Source: a virus
Lineage: Duplodnaviria > Caudoviricetes
Direction: 5' to 3' (one strand)
Length of the DNA stretch: 64,000 nt
IMG/VR virus record: IMGVR_UViG_2785511464_000001
Span: 1 to 64,000 of that record
The translations under genes and the position numbers were made by a program. Numbering within the stretch: position 1 is the stretch's first letter; every line of letters begins with the position of its first letter. Below are positions 57,178 through 64,000 of the stretch, piece after piece. The notes under the pieces were generated by a model. The model worked only from the letters and a program-made list of their open reading frames with translations. It was not told where the DNA came from and did not search any database.

Positions 57178-57384
57178 CCAGCGAAGAACGTGACCCTTGG
57201 CCGGCGATCCTCGTGATCGGTTGGCTCTTTCTTCTGCTGCTCGCCCTGCCGGGCACCGCGCGCACAGCGACGCCAGCCGAGATCGACCATCCACAGGCAA
57301 AATGCGGCGAGTGCAATTAACTGCACTTGCCTCGCCCAGACAATCTGGCATAGTTGAGGGGTAAGCCAAGGAGGGCGAATACCT

Positions 57385-58596
57385 ATGCTGAAGCTCGCGG
57401 TTCAAGCGCAGCTGCCGATGATTGCAGTCACCACACGAGATACCCTGAACCTGCCCGACGTGCTCCAAGAGATCACGGGGAGGGCTCCGGTCAGATACCT
57501 GCCGAACAAGAGCGTCGAGCAGGACACGCTCTACATCTTCACGATTGAAGACCCGACCAAGCTCCCACTGCTGGAGCTGTACAAGAACCTGCTGGCGAGG
57601 GAGAGCACGCTGATCCTCGTCAACCCGAAGAAGGTGGTCGAGCCTCTGTTCGACGCGGGGGAGGTGCCGACCCCGAAGAAGATGATGCTGAAGTTCGTGA
57701 ACTCGGTCGTCGATAACCTTCCCAAATCTGCAGCACTGTCTCGGGGCCTTGGCGGCTGTACGCTGAAGGAGGCTTCAGATTACATGCGCCTGACCATGGC
57801 GCGGGACAACAGCCTCACAGTGCAGGGCATCGGCGAGACGCGGCGGAGCAGCTTTCAGGGCTCCAGCGGCCTGACCCAAGTCGATCTTCGGCAGGATTTC
57901 TATGACCCGCCGGAATACCTCTCGACCTTCGCGCACGCCGAGAAGGGGTTCTTCCTCGAAGGCAAGGACCACAGGCTGATCCCGCGTGGTCTGCTGTTCG
58001 ACGGCCCACCCGGCACAGGCAAGACAGCTGGTGCCCGCTATCTGGCCGAACAGTGGGGCATTCCGCTTTACCGCGTGGACATCGCCGGCACCAAGAACAA
58101 GTATGTCGGGCAATCCGAAGCGAACATGCTCACCAATCTGGCCCGGCTCGACCATGAGGAGCCTTGTGTGGCTCTGCTGGACGAGGTGGAGAAGGTCTTC
58201 TCGACGTCGCAGGGCGACTCGTCCGGGACGACCTCAAGCATGCTCTCCCAGCTCCTCTGGTGGCTCGCCGAGCGGCGGTCGAAGGTCTTTGTGGTGATGA
58301 CCACCAACAACGCACAGGCGCTGCCGAAGGAGCTCTATCGCGAGGGTCGTATCGACGCCAGCATGTGGTTCGGGGGCCTGACGGGCGAGGAGGCGCTGCC
58401 CTTCGTGCAGGCGATCCTGAAGACGTTCAGCGTCGGCAAGAAGGCAAAGCTCACCCAGCTCGCCGATATGATCCAGAAGACCCCTGCCATCGCAGGCACC
58501 CAGCCCATGCGGTACAGCCAAGCCGCGCTCACGAAGGCCACCTACGCTTTCGTGAAGGGGCTGACGAAACAGGCTTTGTCCGAGCAGGACGCCTGA
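57385..58596 (+). CDS. AAA+ ATPase (Ycf46-like)
   Basis: GPPGTGKT, LLDEVEK, TTN, LPKELYREGRID. Confidence 0.88.
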   Translation: MLKLAVQAQLPMIAVTTRDTLNLPDVLQEITGRAPVRYLPNKSVEQDTLYIFTIEDPTKLPLLELYKNLLARESTLILVNPKKVVEPLFDAGEVPTPKKMMLKFVNSVVDNLPKSAALSRGLGGCTLKEASDYMRLTMARDNSLTVQGIGETRRSSFQGSSGLTQVDLRQDFYDPPEYLSTFAHAEKGFFLEGKDHRLIPRGLLFDGPPGTGKTAGARYLAEQWGIPLYRVDIAGTKNKYVGQSEANMLTNLARLDHEEPCVALLDEVEKVFSTSQGDSSGTTSSMLSQLLWWLAERRSKVFVVMTTNNAQALPKELYREGRIDASMWFGGLTGEEALPFVQAILKTFSVGKKAKLTQLADMIQKTPAIAGTQPMRYSQAALTKATYAFVKGLTKQALSEQDA

Positions 58597-58637
58597 TAGA
58601 ATTGAAATTAATTGCATCAAATCAAAGGAGTGACCTG

Positions 58638-59330
58638 ATGCAGGAGAACCAAATCCCTGAAAAGTTCCCCCTGATGCCTGGCTCGTCCTCGGGTATGACG
58701 TATCTGCTTCTTGGTCGGCGTGGAAACATGGTGATCGGCATCAAGCCGACCGTGGTCATGCGTGGCGAGGCGTTCGGCAGCCCTGGCAATACGTGGTTCG
58801 GATCGAAGCTGCGCGTCGCCCCCGGCGGCGATCTCATCGAGCAGGACGATGGTCCCGTCGTGTCCCTCGCCAACGCCCAGAAATTCAGCAGGCCGAGCGA
58901 AGCGCTGCCTGACGTCTCGTGGGACAATAACGGCAGTCAGAGGGCGTCAACCACCATCGGCGTCATGCTCGAAGGTGCGCCCGACGGCACTGACGAAGAG
59001 CTGAAGGAGTTCCTGAAAAACCTCGAAGACGGCTCTTTGTCTGCGAAGATGACGGCCTATGTCGTCAATCTGGTCGGAGAGGAGAACCTGAAGACCTCCA
59101 AGGAGCTGATCACCGAGTGGTTCGATTATCACTACGGCGAGATCAAGCAGGCGCTCCTGAAACAGAACGAGAAGCGCAAGGCACTCAAGGAAGCGATCAA
59201 GGAGACGGTCGGCGTCGTGGGTGTGCAGGCGGACGTCCTGAAGAAGGTCTACGCCAAGGTGGAGAAGGTGCACGAGAATGCCGACCCGAGCACCGACATC
59301 GTGGAAGACGAATACCATCCCCCGGCATAG
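58638..59330 (+). CDS. Hypothetical protein
   Basis: SD AAGGAG before ATG 58638. Confidence 0.65.
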   Translation: MQENQIPEKFPLMPGSSSGMTYLLLGRRGNMVIGIKPTVVMRGEAFGSPGNTWFGSKLRVAPGGDLIEQDDGPVVSLANAQKFSRPSEALPDVSWDNNGSQRASTTIGVMLEGAPDGTDEELKEFLKNLEDGSLSAKMTAYVVNLVGEENLKTSKELITEWFDYHYGEIKQALLKQNEKRKALKEAIKETVGVVGVQADVLKKVYAKVEKVHENADPSTDIVEDEYHPPA

Positions 59331-59350
59331 GGCGCGCAATTAATTGCAAG

Positions 59351-59381
59351 CGCTGGGGGCTTCAGTCCCCGGCGGTTCTTT
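59351..59381 (+). terminator. Terminator-like hairpin
   Basis: CGCTGGGGGC-ttca-GTCCCCGGCG then GTTCTTT. Confidence 0.55.
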
Positions 59382-59406
59382 GGGTACTGGCGAGACAGGG
59401 GGAGCC

Positions 59407-59628
59407 ATGAACCAGACCAAACCCGATTACGAGGCGCATCCGCGCCTGTACAAGCGCTGCCGGCAGCTCGTGGGCGACGAGGAGGCGGCGCGCGTTCTTT
59501 GCACGATGGTGGTCAAGACGGCCCCGAACAACGGGCACGGCGGGATCATTCTCGAAGGAGAGATGTTCTGGCTTCCCTCGCACATACGGAAGCTGGAGCT
59601 CCACAAACTGATGGGGGCGATGCACTGA
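59407..59628 (+). CDS. Small hypothetical protein
   Basis: SD GGAG; TGATG coupling to the next gene. Confidence 0.5.
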   Translation: MNQTKPDYEAHPRLYKRCRQLVGDEEAARVLCTMVVKTAPNNGHGGIILEGEMFWLPSHIRKLELHKLMGAMH

Positions 59629-60566
59629 TGTCGAACATGCTTGCACGAGCACACAAGGCTGCCGGGGACATGGTGTCTGCCGTGGTCTTCCTCCGCATAG
59701 CCTTTCGATACCATCAGGCGGTGAGGGCCGGGCGGGAGTGGACCGCGCAGTCCTACGACGACCTCATGGGCGAGACAGGCTGCTCTCAGAAGCAGATCAA
59801 ACGGGCTCTCGCGAAGCTTCGGGAGGCCGACCTGATCGTCTCGAAGCAGGGTCTTTTCGGCAACCGGAACGTCAATCATTTCCAGTTGACGGGGAAGGGG
59901 CTGAAGGCCCTTGAGGGACCGCCCAAGCAGACCCTGGAGGGACCACCCAAGCAGGCCCTACAGGGACCGCTCTATATACAGGGAGAGACAACAGGGAGTG
60001 ACAACATGGAGTTTAGCGGGAAGCCTCCCGCCAAGGCGGCACGGAAGGGTTCGGGAAAGCTCGGGAAAGGGATGACCGTATCCGAAGTCCTGGCGTCTCA
60101 GGCGGCGAAGAAGCATCACCACAAGCCCGATACGGTGAAGCAGCTGGAGTTCGTCTGGAAGGAGACGTTCGCCGAAGTCTACGATCAGGGGATGGTCCAC
60201 CTGACGAAGAAGCAGGCCGGGTTGCTGAAGCACTTCCTCGCGAAGTGTCCGCAGGGCTCTGCCGCCGAGGTGCTTGAGTGGGCAATCCGAAACTGGATCG
60301 AGTTCGTGAAGGATGTCGAGACCAAGGCCGGCACGAAATGGACACCCAGCCACCCCGATCTCGAATTTCTCTTGAAACACGCATGGATCGCTGTAGACTC
60401 GGCCCTCTCTCAGAAATCGCCGGAGCCGGTGAAGCAGGAGGCTACTGCCGAGACTTCGACGAAAGAGAGTGTGCAATTAATTTCACAAGACGATGACGAC
60501 GATCAGCCCAAGACCTTCGAGGAGCTGATGGCCATCCTCGGCTCGGGAGACAAATCGAAGCTATGA
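59628..60566 (+). CDS. Replication initiator (winged HTH, lambda O-like organisation)
   Basis: SYDDLMGETGCSQKQIKRALAKLREADLI; internal repeats; upstream of loader and DnaB. Confidence 0.7.
   Translation: MSNMLARAHKAAGDMVSAVVFLRIAFRYHQAVRAGREWTAQSYDDLMGETGCSQKQIKRALAKLREADLIVSKQGLFGNRNVNHFQLTGKGLKALEGPPKQTLEGPPKQALQGPLYIQGETTGSDNMEFSGKPPAKAARKGSGKLGKGMTVSEVLASQAAKKHHHKPDTVKQLEFVWKETFAEVYDQGMVHLTKKQAGLLKHFLAKCPQGSAAEVLEWAIRNWIEFVKDVETKAGTKWTPSHPDLEFLLKHAWIAVDSALSQKSPEPVKQEATAETSTKESVQLISQDDDDDQPKTFEELMAILGSGDKSKL
59906..59977 (+). repeat. Three 24-bp tandem repeats (putative iterons / origin)
   Basis: ggcccttgagggaccgcccaagca / gaccctggagggaccacccaagca / ggccctacagggaccgctctatat, each with an inverted core CCCTnnAGGG. 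Confidence 0.7.
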
Positions 60567-61132
60567 CCCTGCTTGCCGATCCTTACGCATCCGGCGTCTT
60601 GAAGAAGGAGCACCACGAGCGGCTTGTCGCCGATCTCGAAAGCTTCGCGCGGGACGCCGGCATTCAGCCGCACTGGATTTGGTCGCAGCTGCCTGAAGAC
60701 ATGACGGGCAGCCAGCTGGCCTATCTGAGGCAGTTCCGAAAGCACGCTTCCGAGGGCACGTCGGGACTGATCATCCTCGGCAAGAACGACAAGGGGTTCG
60801 TGGAGGCGCACATGTCGGCCATGGCCGGGGCTCTGGTGCGAAACTTCATCCGGGCTCGGGTGATGACCCTCGGGACGGTCATCGACCTTCTGGCGAAGCA
60901 GGAGATGCCCGACCTGACCTGCCTCCTCATTCCGAACTTCTTCCTTACTGCCAGCGAGACCGGGACCATCGCGCCTTGGCAGGTGAACTCCCTGTTCGAT
61001 TACCTGACCTATCGGCAGGTGGCCGGCCTGCAGACGATCCTCTACGCGACCGATCTGGGGCTGCTGGGCAAGGAGTACGGGCTGGCGTTCAAGCGCCATA
61101 TCGAAGTCCATTACATGCAAGCAAAGTTTTAG
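60563..61132 (+). CDS. Degenerate DnaC-like helicase loader
   Basis: Between initiator and DnaB; AAA-like layout without an intact Walker A. Confidence 0.5.
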   Translation: MTLLADPYASGVLKKEHHERLVADLESFARDAGIQPHWIWSQLPEDMTGSQLAYLRQFRKHASEGTSGLIILGKNDKGFVEAHMSAMAGALVRNFIRARVMTLGTVIDLLAKQEMPDLTCLLIPNFFLTASETGTIAPWQVNSLFDYLTYRQVAGLQTILYATDLGLLGKEYGLAFKRHIEVHYMQAKF

Positions 61133-61144
61133 GGGGGCGGACCT

Positions 61145-62419
61145 ATGTCCATGGGCAAGATGTTCCTGTCAGCGGTGCTGGCAGAGGGGTCCGTTGGGGC
61201 TCTGCTCGAATACGGGCGGATCGAACACCTCTTCAAGGCCAATGAGATCGATGCGTATGAGTTCGTCCGGGAGTTTGTGAAGGAGTACCAGTCCCTGCCG
61301 TCCGAGGAGACGATTGAGGCGCACACGGGCACCACGCTGATGCCCCATGTCGAGCCGGCGGCTTATTACCACGACCTGATGGAGCTTCGGCACACGGAGC
61401 TCAGCCTGAAGAAGGCGATGAAGCAGGCGGGCGAGCTCTTCCTTCCCGAGAACAAGGATATTCCGAGCGCGTTGCAACTGATGACCAACGCGGTCATGGA
61501 GCTCGCCTCGCAGAAGGTCCAGAAGCAGGTGGTGGACTTCCGCCACGCTTACGAGATCGTGGTGAATGACTACGCCTCGAAATGGAACCTCGGAGAAACG
61601 AAGGGCCTCCACTTCGGGTGGCCTTACATCGATGCGATGACCGGCGGGCTCGGAAGAGGGGACGTCGCCAGCTTCGTTGGCCGGCCTGCGGCGGGCAAGA
61701 CCTGGCAGCTTCTATACGCGGCGCACAGCGGTTGGAACAAGGCGGGCAAACACCACGACCCGGAGGCCGACCAGTCCCGCCTGTTCGTCTCGATGGAGAT
61801 CGGCCTGCTGCCGATCCAGCAACGCCTTGCCGCCATGCAGACGCACGTGCCGGCGCTCAAGCTCAAGAACGCCTCGCTCGGCTCCGGGCTCATCAAGAAC
61901 CTCAAGTCGGGGCTGGCCGAAATTCAGGACTACGGGGCTCCCTTCTGGGTCGTTGACGGCAATCTGGCCGCGACGGTCGAGGACATTTGGGCGCTGGCCC
62001 GCCAGCTGAAGCCTGGGGCGATCTTTATCGACGGGGCCTATTTGGTGAAGCACCCGACCGAGAGGGACCGCTTCCGGCGCGTGGCCGAGAACGCCGAGCT
62101 GATCAAGCAGGAGCTGGCCCCCATCGCTCCGACCGTGTGCAGCTGGCAGTTCGCCAAGTCGGCCAGCAAGAAGAACGCCAAGAAGGGCGAGAAGGTCACA
62201 ATGGACGACATCGGCTACACCGACGCCATCGCGCAGGTGTCGTCCCTCGTCCTCGGTCTGTTTCAGGAGGACAGCGTGGAGACAATCAAGCAGCGCAAGG
62301 TGGAAGTGCTGAAGGGGCGTAACGGTGAGACCGGATCGTTCTCCACCGCATGGGACTTCGAGACGATGGATTTCACCGAGATCGTTCAGGAAGACGTCGA
62401 AGACTTGCAGTTCCTCTAG
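61145..62419 (+). CDS. dnaB: DnaB-like replicative helicase
   Basis: GRPAAGKT, FVSMEI, FIDGAYL, LKGRNGE. Confidence 0.9.
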   Translation: MSMGKMFLSAVLAEGSVGALLEYGRIEHLFKANEIDAYEFVREFVKEYQSLPSEETIEAHTGTTLMPHVEPAAYYHDLMELRHTELSLKKAMKQAGELFLPENKDIPSALQLMTNAVMELASQKVQKQVVDFRHAYEIVVNDYASKWNLGETKGLHFGWPYIDAMTGGLGRGDVASFVGRPAAGKTWQLLYAAHSGWNKAGKHHDPEADQSRLFVSMEIGLLPIQQRLAAMQTHVPALKLKNASLGSGLIKNLKSGLAEIQDYGAPFWVVDGNLAATVEDIWALARQLKPGAIFIDGAYLVKHPTERDRFRRVAENAELIKQELAPIAPTVCSWQFAKSASKKNAKKGEKVTMDDIGYTDAIAQVSSLVLGLFQEDSVETIKQRKVEVLKGRNGETGSFSTAWDFETMDFTEIVQEDVEDLQFL

Positions 62420-62421
62420 TG

Positions 62422-62471
62422 TGCAATTAATTTCTCAAATCTCTTGTCCGGCACCGGCAATCCGGTAGGAT
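62422..62471 (+). promoter_or_regulatory. Palindrome plus promoter
   Basis: Variant 62422-62435, 8 bp, TTGTCC-N16-TAGGAT. Confidence 0.6.
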
Positions 62472-62505
62472 CAAATCAACACGATAACCATGGAGGGTTG
62501 CTGTA

Positions 62506-62994
62506 ATGGCGATTGTTCTGACCAAGAAGAAGCGGGTTGCAACGCCCCCGACGGCACCGGACCTCTCGGGCCTCGCGATGCTGTCCCCGGAGCTCGCCGA
62601 GATCGCCGAGTTGATCGACAAGGTGGGTGATCTGCAGGAAGAAGCCGCACCGATCATGGAGCGGATCAAGAAGGACACCGAGAAGCTGAAGCCCTACAAG
62701 GCAGCCATGAAGGAGCTGCAGACAAAGGTGGACGCGCTCGAAAACGATCCCGACGACACCGTTGAGCAGGACGCCGCCAAGTTCCGCATGGAAGCCGGGA
62801 CCAAGGGCACAAGCCGGTCGATCAAGAGCATCGAGAAGGCGAAGAAGCATCTGGGCGTCAAGACGTTCATGCAGCTGGCCACCATCAAGCTGACGGACCT
62901 CGACAAGTACCTGACCCCGCCGCAGCTGGAGGAGGTTCTGGCCTCCGAACGCTCCTCGCGGACCATCAAGCTGTTCCGCAGGGAGGAGGCATGA
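62506..62994 (+). CDS. Hypothetical protein
   Basis: SD GGAGGG; coiled-coil character. Confidence 0.6.
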   Translation: MAIVLTKKKRVATPPTAPDLSGLAMLSPELAEIAELIDKVGDLQEEAAPIMERIKKDTEKLKPYKAAMKELQTKVDALENDPDDTVEQDAAKFRMEAGTKGTSRSIKSIEKAKKHLGVKTFMQLATIKLTDLDKYLTPPQLEEVLASERSSRTIKLFRREEA

Positions 62995-63617
62995 CCTACC
63001 AGCTCCTGCTCCAGTTTGGCGCGGAGAACGCCGAGGGCGGTGAGCAGGTGCGTGATGCGATCCTCGAATTTCTCAACGGCAGCGGGGTGGAGGTGCTTCA
63101 TGCAAGCCCCCTGCAGGAGGCACCCTCTCAGATCGTGATCCATACCGATGGCGGCTGCGACCGGAACAAGGGTGGCCTGGGAGCGTGGGCGTATACCGCG
63201 CACCTCCCGACCGGTGAGTACAAGGAAGAGGCCGGCCACGAGTTCGACACCACCAACAACCGGATGGAGTTGACCGCAGCAATCCGGGCTCTGGAGAGCG
63301 TGGAGATCGGCGTCCCCATCGAGCTGTTCTCTGACAGCGAGTATCTGGTCAAGGGGGTCACCGTGTGGAGCCGCAATTGGGTCCGCAACGGGTGGAAGAC
63401 CGCAGCAGGCAAGGCCGTGATCAATCAAGACCTCTGGGAAGAGCTGCTGAAGCTCTATCAGGTTCACGAGGTGACGTTCCACTGGTTGAAGGGGCACGCC
63501 GGCAACGAGTTCAACGAGCGCTGCGACACACTTTGTACTGAGGCCATGAACGCGGCTCACAAGGAGTCTCTGCTGACCGCGCCGCCCATCGCACCGGAAG
63601 CGGTTGGCCCTCTGTGA
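62991..63617 (+). CDS. rnhA: Ribonuclease HI (copy 2)
   Basis: HTDGGC, TTNNRMEL, SDSEY, NGWKT, WLKGHAG, NERCD. Confidence 0.92.
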   Translation: MTYQLLLQFGAENAEGGEQVRDAILEFLNGSGVEVLHASPLQEAPSQIVIHTDGGCDRNKGGLGAWAYTAHLPTGEYKEEAGHEFDTTNNRMELTAAIRALESVEIGVPIELFSDSEYLVKGVTVWSRNWVRNGWKTAAGKAVINQDLWEELLKLYQVHEVTFHWLKGHAGNEFNERCDTLCTEAMNAAHKESLLTAPPIAPEAVGPL

Positions 63618-64000
63618 AGACGGATCGTCTCGTCAAGCTCCTGAAGATGCTGAACGCAAAGGTGCCGATTGCCCAGCAGAGGGCCGGCTGGTTCGTGTCC
63701 TCGTGCCCTCTAGCCCCATGGACGCACGACGGCGGCACCGACAAGAACCCGGCCTTCGCAGTGAAGAAGGAAGGGGGAGACGCCTTCTGCAACTGCTTCG
63801 CCTGCGGCTTCCACGGCAAACTGTCCGCCCTGGTGCTGGAGGTGCGGCACCGCAACGCGACCCAGCAGGAGCTGACCGTCAATTGGGGTGACGCCCTGAC
63901 CATCATCGAAGACGCGGAGGCCGAGGATTATCTGAACCTCGACAGCCCCACCATTGAGGACATGCTGTTCGGCGAGAAGGCGACCCTGCACGAGTTCCCG
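63614..64000 (+). CDS. DNA primase N-terminus (CHC2 zinc finger), truncated by the window end
   Basis: GTG 63614 overlaps the rnhA stop; translates to ...SCPLAPWTHDGGTDKNPAF...NCFACGFHG. Confidence 0.8.
   Translation, partial: MKTDRLVKLLKMLNAKVPIAQQRAGWFVSSCPLAPWTHDGGTDKNPAFAVKKEGGDAFCNCFACGFHGKLSALVLEVRHRNATQQELTVNWGDALTIIEDAEAEDYLNLDSPTIEDMLFGEKATLHEFP

Larger units (their letters stand above)
2189..62435. repeat. Dispersed 14-bp palindrome TGCAATTAATTGCA, 28 copies (operator-like)
   Basis: Perfect copies start at 2399, 3465, 3519, 13149, 14487, 16301, 25932, 31278, 33223, 33970, 43777, 55187, 55302. Variants with 1-2 mismatches start at 2189, 4341, 6949, 9142, 18147, 22053, 28846, 34974, 39804, 47910, 57312, 58603, 59335, 60472, 62422. 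Confidence 0.97.
1..64000. mobile_element. Temperate tailed phage / prophage (siphovirus-like, probable alphaproteobacterial host); continues beyond the right edge
   Basis: Integrase, terminase, portal, protease, capsid, tail tube, chaperones, tape measure, GTA-type baseplate, lysis and replication genes; one palindromic motif shared from 2189 to 62435. Confidence 0.95.

Noticed and set aside
2189-62435. Palindromes as a CRISPR array or REP/MITE family
   Set aside because: Only 14 bp long, irregularly spaced over kilobases, with no spacer periodicity, cas genes, shared flanks or target duplications

Overview
This window is almost entirely one GC-rich tailed phage or prophage, with all genes on the + strand except a tyrosine integrase at 1-1908. 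The GTA-type Dit/hub/NlpC/megatron tail module suggests an alphaproteobacterial host. Gene order: integrase and a possible tRNA-3'-end att core; small accessory genes (RNase H, GNAT, XRE-HTH, RapZ C-terminal domain, dCTP deaminase, DUF488); a candidate DNA-modification operon (aminoacyl-transferase-like, atypical methyltransferase, DruA/Mom-like, ParB) running into the terminase; a truncated PPDK with a CsrA-like gene and two CX5R phosphatases; PolA; head genes, including a MuF/Acb1-like/ADP-ribosyltransferase fusion; a siphovirus-type tail; lysis genes; an AAA ATPase; then initiator with iterons, loader, DnaB, a second RNase H and a primase cut by the window edge. The strongest non-coding signal is an AT-rich 14-bp palindrome, TGCAATTAATTGCA. 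I counted 28 copies by eye (13 perfect). They sit at promoters with fixed spacing, before terminator-like hairpins, and inside coding sequences. All protein assignments come from recognising motifs by eye, with no database searches.
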